Source: Prorocentrum cordatum (Eukaryota). Taken from it: a DNA stretch of 56,214 bases. The DNA is taken from the NCBI GenBank assembly GCA_963575745.1, contig CAUYUJ010000104.1, positions 62,001 through 118,214 of the forward strand, read 5' to 3'. Positions 11,248 through 22,648 of this stretch are shown here, piece by piece. The notes under the pieces were generated by a model. That model was given only the letters and a program-made list of their open reading frames with translations, was not told the origin of the DNA and did not search any database. A program made the position numbers and the translations under genes. Positions within the stretch are counted from its first letter, which is position 1; each line of letters begins with the position of its first letter.

Positions 11248-12944
11248 GAGAGAGCGTGATCCACCACCGCTTTACTGTGGAAAATTCCCCCCCTCCGAAA
11301 ATGCGCCCCCCCCTGCAGGCTGAACCCCCCCACCACCCACCGCCCCCTTCCACTCGGCAAACCCCCCCCCCTCCCCCCCCCTCGGGTTCGAACCCCCCCT
11401 CCCCCCCCCTCCTCCGGAAAACCAGGAGGGGGTCACTACCGGTTCGAACCCCTCCCCCCCCATAAAACCAGAGAAGGGTCACTACCGGTTCGAACAGCTC
11501 CCCCCCCTCAAGAAAACCAGGGGGGGTCACTACCGGTTCGAACCGCCCCCCCCCAACCCTGGAAAACCGGGGGGGGGTCACTACTGGTTCGAACCCCCCC
11601 CCCCGAAAACCGGAGGGGGTCACTACCGGTTTGAACCCCCACCTCGAAAACCGGGGGGGGGTCACTACTGGTTCGCAGCACCCGGGGTCACTACCGGGTC
11701 ACCCCTGCTCATCCCCCCCCCACGCCCACTGCCAGCAAACGACTCCCGGGTCCCTACCACCGTCCGCACCACATCCCCCACTGCTGTCCCCAGCACCACT
11801 GTCCTCACCACCACTGTCCCCACTGTTCCCACCACCGCCCCCAGTCCCCACCAGTGCCCCACCACTGTCGCACTGTCCCCACTGTCCCCACCACTGTTCC
11901 CACCACGGTTCCACTCTCCCCACTTTCGCCACGGCCCCAATCACTGTCCTACTGTCCGCACTGTCCCACTGTCCCAGTCCCCGCCGCTCCACTGTTCCCA
12001 CCACTGTCCCCACTGTCCCCGCCACTGTCCCCACTGTACCTCTGTCCCATTATCCCACCGCCGTCCTCGCCACCGCCCTCACCACCGTTCCCACCACCAC
12101 CACCACTGTACCCTCCACTGTCCCACTATTTCCACCACGTTGACGCTGTCCCCACACCAGTCCCCACCACCACCGTCCTCACCACTGTCCCACTGTCCCC
12201 ACTGTTCCCACCATTGTCCCCGCTGTCGCCACCAGTGCCCCCACCAATATCTCACTGTCCCCACTCTCCCCATCATTGTCCCACCACGGTCCCGCTCTCC
12301 CCACTTTCCCCAGAGCCCCCACAACTGTCCCACTGTCCCCACTCTACCCACCACTGTCCCACTGTCCCCGCCGTTGTCCCACTGTGCTGTTCCACCGTCC
12401 CCACGGTCCCCATCACGGTCCCACTGCCCCCACTGTCCCCACCACTTTCCCCACTGTACTACTGTCCCACCACTGTCCTCACCACTGCCTTCACCACGTT
12501 CCCCACCACTGCCGTCCCCACCACTGTCCCACTGTCCCCATGGCTGTCCCACTGTCCCCTCACCACTGTCCCCACCAACACCGTCCCCACCACTGTCCGC
12601 ACCACTGTCCCACTGTCCCCGCACCACTGTCCCCACCACCAACGTTCCCACCACTGTCCCAACCACCCCACCATTGTCCAACTGTTCCGAGGAGCGGGAA
12701 TCGTTTGCCGGCGGCGAGGGGGGGGGGATTCGAACCGGTAGTGACCCCCCCCCGGTTTTCGGGGGGGGGGGGTTCGAACCGGTAGTGACCCCCCCCTTTT
12801 CATGATGGACTGGGGGGGGGGGGGTTCGATCAGGTAGAGACCCCCCCTCGGTTTTCGAGGGGTGGGGGGTGGGGGGGACGGGTTGGGAACCCCCAGTGAC
12901 CCCCCCCCCGGTTTTCCGCCAGCAGCGGTAGAACACGCTCGCTC
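11248..12944. mobile_element. Foldback-like element with modular inverted arms and a CCACTGTCC core
   Basis: GGGGTCACTACCGGTTCGAACC units on the left, inverted on the right; terminal IR GAGAGAGCGTG / CACGCTCGCTC. Confidence 0.75.
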
Positions 12945-13149
12945 TTTTCCCCATGTTTTCACATATGTTATGGGTTTCTGTCTTCCCCTCCGCTTCCCAT
13001 ATTCTCCCACATTTTCCTGGCAGTCGGCGATTCATTGTGTCTGTGTGTGTTTTCCCTCCCGAATGAGATCCGAAGCGCCCTCATTGTGTTTCAGTGGCCG
13101 AGCTGACGAGCACACCGCTTCCAAAACTTTGCAGCGCTGAACTGATACA

Positions 13150-13360
13150 GTGAGGGGGCAACGACAGGGGGGGCTGGCATGGGGGGGATGCATCGACGTG
13201 GAATCGGCGGTACATCGCCGATGGATCTGCAGGCCCCCGATAGTGACTCCGCACCTGCCTGGGCAGGTTGGGGCTATCGGGCCCCCAATACGCGATCAAT
13301 GGGCGATTGGGGGTCGATGCATCCCCCCCTATGCCTATCCCCCCCCATCGTTGCTCCCGA
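13150..13360. mobile_element. Palindromic MITE; right-half copy at ~1685-1900
   Basis: GGGGCAACGA..GGGGGATGCATCGAC / GTCGATGCATCCCCC..ATCGTTGC inverted arms. Confidence 0.65.
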
Positions 13361-13720
13361 AACAGGAGGATCGCTCAAAATCAATCCCAGGTCCTCGCGC
13401 ACGCGTTGGGATTCCTACGGGAAAAGGGAGGGGGGAGGGAGGGGCACGGGGTGTCATGGCTGGCGTTGTGTCACAGCGCGCACTTCAAAAAAGGCGAAGC
13501 CCTCGTCCAGCAGGGCTCCACGGAGGGCGCATTCAGGTACATCGAGCCCACGTCGTCCGGCGTTCGTCTTCGTGCTGTCTCGGTAGGGCACTTGGGGCAC
13601 CTCGGGGTGAACTGCGTGCTGGCCCCCGATGCCCAAGCGGCACCCCCCTTGCGCGCGCACGCCACCATTTCACGTGCCGCGGTTGGGAGGGGGCAACCGA
13701 CAGAAAAGCCGCGGCCGGTC

Positions 13721-13792
13721 CTCAAGAACGTCTTCAACTCCACCCCCTCGTGAAAGGACATGGTGAAGCCAGAATCCCTCCTGGACTCGAAC
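13721..13792 (-). CDS. Kinase exon, beta5/hinge/helix D (FESRRDSGFTMSFHEGVELKTFL-R)
   Basis: ttcag|G acceptor, AG|ga donor; resembles the FE....LVMEY..GGEL..FL pattern of subdomains IV-V. Confidence 0.78.
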
Positions 13793-14023
13793 CTGAACAG
13801 CGTTCCGTGCTTCGTCGCTGCTGCTGTCAGTCACGCACTGCTGTTCTGACCTCTCGTCGCCGTCGTCGTCCAAATCCCTCCTCCCCCACATCCTCCTCTT
13901 CCACATTGCCAACCTCTTTCGGCTCAGTCTCCCCATATCCCTGGCCCCGCGCCCCCGATAATAATCCCTGGGGGTGATAAAATTCGGGGTCTGGCCGGGA
14001 TAATCAACGATTTTCCCGGCGGG

Positions 14024-14087
<64 letters not shown>

Positions 14088-14967
14088 CCTGGGCGCTCGT
14101 GTAGACTGACCTTGTAGATGTTGGCACAATGGCTGACTCGACAGATCTCGAGTCTGGGCGCTAATGTACACTGACCTTGTAAATCTTGACACAAAACTGA
14201 CTCGACGGATCTCGAGTCTGGCCCTGCCGCACGTTTGTGACTTGGGAAAACTGAAACGGTGAGAATCCCATAGCCCTGCCACACGCTCGTGATTGCGAAA
14301 GCTGAAATGGTGAGACCACCATTGCCATGCTCAGCGTTTTTGACGATGTTGCTAGTCAACATAAGATGATATAAACTTCGATTCGCAACTTCCCCTGGAG
14401 ATTATCAAATTCGGCCTCGCCGCCCCTCTCCTCCACAAGCAAATCCTATTGACACCGGGATTATAAATATTCAGGGGGTAAGGGGGGCGCGCGCAAACAT
14501 GGATTTCCGATCCATGGCTTTGACGCGCGGTCCCCAAATCCATGGATCGGGGGAGTGCGGCTGGTGCCGCCTCGCTCGGCGGCGGGAATCCGCGATTTTC
14601 GATGGGAACGGAACCCGTCGCTAATCCACGCTCCCTTAATCCAAGTTTGCGATCGCCTGAAGATCCTCCTCCTTCCACCTTACCAGCCTCTGTCAGCTCT
14701 GTCCCCCATACCCCTGGCACTCCTTCTTTTCCTATGTCCCTCTGCATCCCTCCCTCCCGCTCCAGGCCTTCCCCCGTGCTGCCGCGGATCCCCCAGCTCT
14801 GGCCGGCCTAGAGGTTGACACCAACACCAATATCGGCGTTGACCGAGGGAATCAAATCCCGATCTCGGTGGTGGTGGTGGTAATATTCTGGCTTACGAGG
14901 TGACCGAACTATCACCACCAACACCGGAATCCAGGATCACTTTCACCCTGTGGAAGCACCCCCAGGC

Positions 14968-14993
14968 CTCCAAACCTCATCCTGCTTCGCCGC
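14968..14993 (-). CDS. Probable exon (AAKQDEVW-R)
   Basis: cag|GCG acceptor, AG|gc donor; phase-compatible with the hinge exon. Confidence 0.5.
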
Positions 14994-15692
14994 CTGCCGA
15001 TCACCCACGTGGTGCTACGGCCTGCCGCTGCTGCGTCCGATGCCACTGCTGCAACGGCGTTTGCCCTACGTGCTCGCATCCCTGCATCCCATCTGGCATT
15101 GTCGCGCCTCTTTTGATGGGCCTGTTTTCTACCACCACCGCCACGTAAAATGGAGGGGGGGAGGAGGACGAGGAGGAGGACGAAGAGGAGGAGGAGGAGG
15201 TGGAGGTGGAGGAGGAGAACACCCTCCTCCTCCAACTTATGGTGGTGGTGGTGGAAAACGGGCCCATCATCCTTGTGAAGGTGAGGTCGTGACTGCTGTT
15301 CCCGGAGCGACCGCCGTCGGCGACGCTCCTCCTGTCTCCTCCTCCACATACTCATGTCTCGCTCTTGCGTCACACCCCGCTCCAGCTCCCCCTCCCACTC
15401 CTCCCCCTCCAACTCCTCCCTCTCCCTTCCTTCCTTCGTGCACGTTCGTCTTCCCTCCTCCCTCCTCCACCTCTCTTCTCTGCTCCAGCCTCCCTCCTCG
15501 ATTCTACAATTACTCGATATGACTACTACTCTCCTCTCTCCCATGAAGTTGTCGAGAAGATCTGATGTCCCCATCCACGACTTGTTTTTCAGACACAGAG
15601 TTGGGCCGAACTGGTATTTCCTATATGTATGTGGTTTATTGTCCGTTGTCTCCAGTGCTTACAATTGGTCGGCCTCATCTTCGGATCGGCAC

Positions 15693-15758
15693 TTTGTTCC
15701 CGTCGTTCAGACTGGCGATCTCGCCCAAGCGTTGGTCACGTTTCTGCATCTCGAAGGT
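15693..15758 (-). CDS. Probable exon; best frame [22 protein letters not shown] (helix C-like)
   Basis: aag| acceptor, AAA|gt donor; a phase-2 reading ending CCA|gt is also possible. Confidence 0.4.
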
Positions 15759-15774
15759 CTTGCATCCCGCGTGC

Positions 15775-16420
15775 CCCACAGGTCCCACAGGACCCACAGG
15801 TTTCGCAGGATGTCTCAAAGGTCCCACAGGTACCACAGATCTGACATGTTCCACAGGTCTCACAGGTCCAACAGGTGTTGCAAGTCTCGCAGGTCCGACA
15901 GGTCCAACAGGTGCCGTAGGTCCCTCAAGTGTCGCATGTCTCGCAAGTCCCACAAAAATCACCCGAGTCCCATAAGACCCACAGGTCCCGCCGGTACCAC
16001 AGGCCCCATGGGCTCCACAGGTGTCGCAGGTCTCGCAGGTCTCACAGGCCATGGAGGCTCCTACAAGCATGTCATGTCCCACAGATCACACAAACCCACA
16101 CTTCCCACCTGCCCCACAGGTTCCACTCGGAGATGGACAGAGACCCCTTTAGCAAAACGTGGTTTAGTGAAAACGACCTCGGACCCGAACCTGGCGGGCG
16201 CAAGCCTGGAAAATGGTGGCCGCGGCGCCCTCTCGAGAAGCGAAAACGGACAATTCGCTAATCGACGTGGCAGGGTGGGGGTTCTGTCCACCCCCGCTCC
16301 ACAGGTCCCACAGATCCCACACAAGTCCCACGAGTTCCCACCTCCTCCTCCTCCTCCTCCTCCTCCTCCTCCTCCTACTCCTCCTCCCCCTCCTCCCCCA
16401 TAGATCATACAAGTCCCACA
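15775..16420. repeat. Degenerate 9-bp CCCACAGGT array
   Basis: Period 9; produces a collagen-like G-P-x artefact ORF. Confidence 0.85.
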
Positions 16421-16429
16421 AGTCCTCAC

Positions 16430-16473
16430 CTTTCCCACGGGTCACAGCTGCTACTAAATTGCTGTGCCTCTTG
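16430..16473 (-). CDS. Probable exon, frame unresolved (KRHSNLVAA... or QEAQQFSSSCDPWE)
   Basis: cccag| acceptor and AAG|gtgag donor in a unique island between repeat tracts. Confidence 0.4.
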
Positions 16474-18778
16474 CTGGGGAAATAATGGGGTTCCATGTCG
16501 GTGACGACACGTGTCCGCGGATCGAGAGCAACATCCGCGCAGTGGGAAGGGATAGGAGGGGGAGGAGGAGGAGGAAGAGGAGGAGGAGGAGGGAGAGGAG
16601 GAGGGGGAGGAGGAGGAAGAGGAGGAGGGGGAGGAGGAGGGGGAGGAGGAGGAGGAGAAAGAGGAGACGGAGGAGAGGGATATAATGTCAAAGCCGTATC
16701 CACCCTCCTCCCCTCCTGGCCTCTCCTCCGTCCCTTCCCGCCACTGGCCCCCGTCACCTCCATCCCATTTTTTTGGTGATCCTCCTCTTCCGCCTTCTCG
16801 TCCTCGTCCTCCTTCTTTCTCGCTCTTTCCCGTTCTTGGTTCCTCTCAATTGCTCGCTCCTCCTTCCCCTTCTCTCCCATCGTTCATCCTTCTGTCCCGT
16901 CTCCTCGAGGCTCCCTCCCGCCTTCCTCCCTCTTCCTCGCTCTTCGTCCTGATCCCTGCCGCCCCCTCCTCACCCCAGACCCCCTCCCCCACACCGACCC
17001 CATGCAAACAGCGAGGGCGGCGCCGACGTTTGCCCCCACAACGGGGAGAAGACCGCTCCCCCACCCCTCCGCCCCTTCGCCGGTCTGCCCGTCCCCAGGG
17101 ACCCCCCCCATTTCGGATACAACGTCTGGGACCCCCCTTCCACCCCTTGGAACCGAAAGGGCGGTGGACCCCGTCCCCTTTTGGAGCTGGGGCTTGCCCG
17201 CCCATCCCTCCCTCCCTCTGGGGCCAGGAATGGTCTCCCCCATCCTCTTCCAAGACCCTTGTCTCACCCATGCCCCTAAGCTCGGACCCCAGACGAGCCA
17301 TAACACCCAAATCCTACGCACCAGCCAGAAACCCAATACTCGGACGCAACCCTCTGCACCCCTGCGCTCAACCCCTTTAACCCAAACCTAACCCCAAACC
17401 CGACCCCGAATCCGAAGCAAACCCCGATAAGTATTCCTACGACACCGAAGCGCTAAAACGTCAGCCGTAGCACCCTCGTACCAACCCAGGCACAACATCT
17501 CTGCCGAACACCCGACACTGATACCCTAACCTTAACACCCTGGCTCCAGCACGCTGACCTAACCCGACCGCCCATGCCCTATCCTTTACACCCGAGCCCG
17601 AAGCTGAAACATCACCTGACACCCTAACAATATTACAGAGACCGTAGCTCTAACAACCCGACCCGAATACCCAGCCGAAATGCCCTGACACCCCAACCAT
17701 ACCTCCAATATTGTAGCCCCCTGATTTGACCCGAACGCCCTAAATCTAAACGCTGTCCCTAATCCTTAAATGCGCCTTCGAACCTTAACCCTAAAATCTT
17801 GACTATGACAATCACCTCACGGGCGCTTGCCTTGGGAACATTCGGCAGCATTTCGAAAAAGGGGATGCCCCCCCCCACACGCTCGGCGCCGTCGATCAAG
17901 ACCAGGGGGACTCCCCACCTCCCCAACCCCCCCCTCCCGAAATCCCCCCACCCCGGCCCCGCCCCGCGCCCCGGCGGTGGCGGCCGCCAGCAGCGCCGAC
18001 GGCGGGGACGCAGCGACGATGACCAGAGGCAGCCTAGAGGGGGGGGGGGTTAAACGCCCCCCACCGGGCGCCGGGGGGGCGGGTTCAGACCCCCCCGGCG
18101 CCGGCGCCGGCGCTGGCGGCGGCCAGCAGCGCCGGCGCTGGCGCCGGCGACGGCAGGGACGCAGCGACGATTACCACCACTACCACCACCGCCACCACCA
18201 CCACCACCGCCTCACCCGACCACCACAACCGCACCAACCGACCACACAACCACCACCACCACCACCACCACAGCCACCACCACCACCACAACCGCCACTA
18301 CAACTCACCATCACCACCACCACCACCACCACAAGAAAAACACACCACTACCACCACCACCACGACCACCACCACAATCTACTACACAACCACCACCACC
18401 GCCACAACCACCACCACTACTAGCAGCACAACCCCACCGCCACCACCACCAACACCACCACCGCCCACCACCACAACCACCACCTCCACAACAAACCACC
18501 ACACCACCACCACAACCACCACCGCCGCCACCACCACCACCGCCGCCACCACCACCACCACAACCCACCACCACCACCACCACCACCGTCGTCCTCGTCG
18601 ACGCTCCCCGCCGCCGCCGCCCGCCGCCGCAGGCGCCGGCGGCGCCGGCCCAGAAAAGTAAATCGTCGTCCCCGCCGCCGCCGCCGCCAGCCGAGGAGAG
18701 GGATTGAGGAGAGGTGAGGGGGGGGGTCCGATTCCCCCCACCCCCCTCCAAGCGACCACAGAACGCGCTCTTTCTCAC

Positions 18779-18852
18779 CTGAAGCCCATGGCCGTAAAGC
18801 CCGAACGCCCACACGAGCACTAACCCCCCATTACCAAGCACGAAGCCAAAAC
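18779..18852 (-). CDS. Exon: either first kinase exon (gccATGG, ATG at 18789) or internal exon FGFVLGNGGLVLVWAFGLYGHGLQ
   Basis: tttcaag|G acceptor and CAG|gtgag donor. Confidence 0.45.
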
Positions 18853-18966
18853 CTTGAAAGGACCCAAACACTGCGTGTGGAAAGGGCTGGTCGAAGGGCC
18901 GATCCCCTCCCGAGTCTCTTGGTAAAGACGGCAACGATTAATGAATGACGATGGTGGAGGCTCTGC

Positions 18967-19015
18967 CATTCTCCACAAGTCCTACAATCAGGTGTGCTTC
19001 AGGAAGGCGTTCGGC
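18967..19015 (-). CDS. Putative exon (AERLPEAHLIVGLVEN) or terminal exon of the upstream gene
   Basis: ctgcag|G acceptor; G|gc donor, or read-through to the stop at 18938. Confidence 0.3.
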
Positions 19016-19080
19016 CTGCAGCCTGCGTCCCGCGCCCATATCACTACGAAGAACTGACATTCTAACCCTAACACCACATA

Positions 19081-19257
19081 CAGTAGGGGCACGACCACAA
19101 GAAACCTTCGACAAGAAACCCAACCCTGAGACCCCATGACGCCCATCGATGTTTGGCGCGAGAACGTCACGCCTTCCAGAACAAAGCTCTCGAAACCAAA
19201 GAAACCCAGGGCACACTGAAGGCAAGCAAGTGTGTATCTTGGCATTGGCCTCCCCTG
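19081..19257. mobile_element. Tc1/mariner-type MITE, copy 3
   Basis: TA|CAG...CTG|TA; colinear with copy 1 along its whole length. Confidence 0.75.
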
Positions 19258-19656
19258 TAATCACCCTTTCCTACGCGCCCAAGCAAGCCTCATCCCGCCC
19301 CTCTGCCACCTAGGGGGGGGGGGGGGAGAGGAGGGCAGGGTGAAACGTTCCCTCCCTCCTCCAGTGCCAGGGGCGAAGGGGGTGTGGGAACCACCCCCCC
19401 TTTGAAAGGGGAAGGCAGAAGAAGGGGAAAGAGGGGAATCAGAACCCCAGGGGGGGCTTGAAGGCACACACACACACGCGCGCACGCACGCACGCACACA
19501 CACACACACTCACACACACACACACACACACGCACACACACAACTACACGCACGCCCACCCACACACACACGCACACCCACACGCACATACGCCGCGGGC
19601 GTACCACCGGCGCTCTTTCACAAATAAGCCCCCGTCGTGCCACTACGCTTGTCGGG

Positions 19657-19680
19657 TCCGAAAAGCGTTCCTGGCTCAAG
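19657..19680 (+). other. Degenerate dinoflagellate spliced-leader relic
   Basis: TCCGAAAAGCGTTCCTGGCTCAAG versus DinoSL DCCGTAGCCATTTTGGCTCAAG; 62 nt upstream of an ATG. Confidence 0.6.
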
Positions 19681-19742
19681 CAAGTGGGCAGGAGTCGGCC
19701 GCGGCTCTCGCGCGGCCCGCGAGTGTCATCGCAGGCGCAGCG

Positions 19743-20345
19743 ATGGATGGCGTCCTCCAAGCGGCGCAGGCGGCCTACGGAGGCGTCGCCGCTGTGCTGG
19801 CCGCTCCCGCGAGCGGCGGCGGCGGCGGTGGCAGCGGCGCGGGCGGCCTCACGGCTGCCTGGCGTCAGCGGCTGTGCGAGGCGCTGCGCAAGAAGGTGCT
19901 GGAGGCGTTGCTCCGGAGCCGGAGGCGGGGGGGGGCAGCGCCTCTCGGGCCCCCGATCGAGTCGATGCTCGTCTGCTTGGAGGTGCTCCTCCATGGGGCG
20001 CAGCGGGGCGTGGGCTTCGAGTCGAAGCCTGGCGCAGCTGCGGCGGAGGCGGCCCTGCGCGAGCGTGGAGCCCAGGGCGTCGCCTCACGACTGAGCAAGA
20101 TGAGCAAGCTTCGCAATGCGGCGGGGCATCCGGACGTGCGGCTGCTGCATGACATGCGAGGCGTGTTCATGGAGTCAGCCTCCGATGAGATCGTGCAGAT
20201 GAAATCGAAGGGCAGGCCGAGGTCGGCAGCGATGAGCTCTAAGCTCGAGGAGAAGTGCGTGGAGCCACGGGCGATTGACATGGAGAGAAAAATACCCCAG
20301 TGCAAGGACATCGACACAGTGAGCAGATGCAGCAGGAGGTCGTGA
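19743..20345 (+). pseudogene. Intronless retrocopy or retroelement ORF1-like sequence, antisense within an intron
   Basis: SL relic, ATG, ~200 codons with no intron, SKLRNAAGHPD motif; apparent frameshift near the end. Confidence 0.55.
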
Positions 20346-20379
20346 CTTTGCACACCAAGCTGGACAGCAGCGCGGCGAC

Positions 20380-21620
20380 GGCGGGACTGGTCGGTAATCC
20401 TTTCCCCGGTTGGCGCTTTCATCGTGAAGCCAGAGGCCTAGGCACGCACTTCCTCTACTGCGTCGGCGTCCGCAAGGTCTTTGAGGCTTCACCGTGTAGC
20501 CGCGAAGCCGATGGCGTCCCCCGGCCGACGTCCCTCTCGTTGACGTTCCTGGCGGAGTTGTTCTCCTGCATTTCAATCGACGGCTACAAGGTCGCCAGGC
20601 GTTCGTCATCGGCTACCAGCGCCTGGTTACGCATGACAAAGAATTCATAGCCGATATGGGACGGCATCTGCGCGGTGTCCCGACACTTCGAGGTCTACTC
20701 CCTCGTGCACTCTTATAGCATCGTCTAGAACACCTTCGTCAAGACTGAATGCATCTCGATCTGAATCCTATGTGGGTGGTGTAGAACTTACTCATCATGG
20801 CCCATGTGCAGACGAGCCAATACAACGGCATGGACCACTACGACAACTACGTCCTCGGTATCGAACCCGTGTGGTTGGGCCTCGCATCCGCGAGGGGCTG
20901 AGCGTTTTCATGAGCCTTTTTGTTCGTGCTCCCGACAAGGGGCAAATACCTTTTTGGCAAATATGCTACGAAGGGCTACATGAACCGGGTCAACATGTAT
21001 GAACAGCCCGTCGAGGGCACTCACGTACACATAGCGGAACCCTTTATCATGAGACCCCAACTGGGGCGCGGAGGCGCTCATGAAATTCGCCTGCTTGAAC
21101 AATCTCTACGACATCCCTTTTACCGCCGTTCTCGATTACTGGCCAGTTTCTCTTCTACATCCTGGCTGCCAGAAGGTAACTTCTCGTGACATGAGATCGG
21201 ACCGACGCCCGCGGGATGGGTGGGTGATCCTTTCCCCGGTTGGCGCGTTCAGCGTGGAATCAGAGGCTTAGGCACGCACCTACTTCGTTGGCACCCTGGG
21301 GCGTTGCGTCTTCAACAAGTGGGTGGTCGCTGAGTTCACGTCTGCCCCACGGCCGACACAGTTCTTTTCTTTTCCTTGGCGGAGTTCTTCTCCTGCATGT
21401 CCATCGGCGGCTACATGGCCGGCGGGTGTTCGTCTTTGGCCACCTGTGCCCTGCGACGCACGACGAGGAATTCATAGCTATTTTGGCTTGGACGGTATCT
21501 TCGCGGTGCCCTAGTGCTTTGGGGTCTACGTTTTCGAGGGTTCCTCCGAGAGGTCAACATCTTTGTGGCCGCCTCCATCTGCACCAAGACCGAGCTCATC
21601 TCGGCCTTCGTCCTGTTGTG
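20380..21620 (+). pseudogene. Degraded coding-like sequence, tandemly duplicated (period ~830 bp)
   Basis: ATCCTTTCCCCGGTTGGCGC at ~20397 and ~21227 with colinear similarity; stops and frameshifts. Confidence 0.5.
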
Positions 21621-21628
21621 CATGTTAC

Positions 21629-21650
21629 GTGGGTGTAGGGTTCTATTTCC
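21629..21650 (-). CDS. Putative short exon (G-EIEPYTH)
   Basis: caag|G acceptor next to a MITE end; |gtaac donor. Confidence 0.3.
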
Positions 21651-21654
21651 CTTG

Positions 21655-21828
21655 GGGATACCAAAAGGTACCGATACCGCGACCCCCCGGACCTCTCCTG
21701 GGGTGCGTTCTGACCATGATTTCGAGGCGAATCCAGCGGTGGCGACGAGGGCCTCCAAGGAGGCCCGAAACGGGGAAGAAAACGGGCGAGGGGGTAGAGG
21801 TATGGGTACCTTTTCCTTCTCTGATCCC
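21655..21828. mobile_element. MITE with imperfect TIRs
   Basis: GGGAT..AAAAGGTACC.ATACC..ACCCC is mirrored at the right end. Confidence 0.65.
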
Positions 21829-22082
21829 TGGCCCATGTGCATGGGAGCCAGTACGACGCCATGGTCGCAGCGCTCGAAGCTGAGCTCCTGAGGCCCGCGA
21901 GGGCGGCCCCGGCTTCGGCGGCCACCGGCAGCGAGCGGCCGGCGCGCAGCAGGTCGTGGAGCCGACGCCCAGGCAGTCGGAGGGCGGAGCAGGAGCAGAG
22001 GGACCTCCGCGAGGCGCCCGCCGACGCTGAAAAGCGGAGGCCGGCGGGGGGCGAGGCACAACGCCGCCGAGGCCTGCCGGAG
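21827..22082 (-). CDS. Probable exon, Pro/Ala/Arg-rich, frame uncertain
   Basis: ccag| acceptor abutting a MITE; GG|ga donor at a MITE start; unique GC-rich open sequence. Confidence 0.4.
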
Positions 22083-22648
22083 CTGGGTCGGGCATGCCCC
22101 CCTGGAGGCGGATGTTGGGCGCTAAATTACCAAAATACTAGAAACATGCTCCACTACAGTCAACAAAATACTTTCAACATCGTCCCCATATCATTTTTTG
22201 ACTTTTTTGAATATACCTCCTGTAGAGGGACGGGCCCGACTTAATGCCAGAGCACCCTCGCCCTGGCGCGGAAGGCGGCCTCTGGTGCCGAAGAAGAAGC
22301 AGCGACCTAAAAGTATAAACTGTTGGCGCTCCGCGCAGATTCCTCAGATCTGCGCTGGGCCCCCCTGGCGGCGCCTCCGGCGCCGCTCCTGGCGCGCTCC
22401 GCATGCCAGGGAGCGCAAAAAGTTGAATTGTGTTTCTGTGGTTGTTCTTCTTCTGGTCGAGGTCTAGGTTATGGTGGTGGCGCATGGTCTAGGTTTAGGT
22501 CGGGCGTGTTCCTCTACAGGGGGATTTTGGACGAAAAGTAAAAAAACTTGCAAAATGCTCAGAAGATGCCCAAGAATACTCAATAATAGTCCCCTGACTC
22601 TATTTTTACTATTTTGAAATATTCCCCCTGTAGAGGGACAGGCCCGAC

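Noticed and set aside
15565..16082. Collagen-like G-P-T ORF
   Set aside because: Artefact of the 9-bp CCCACAGGT repeat.
20949..21090. Minus-strand exon ANFMSASAPQ...IFAKK
   Set aside because: Has splice-like ends but lies within the plus-strand duplicated pseudogene unit, so it is probably an antisense shadow.
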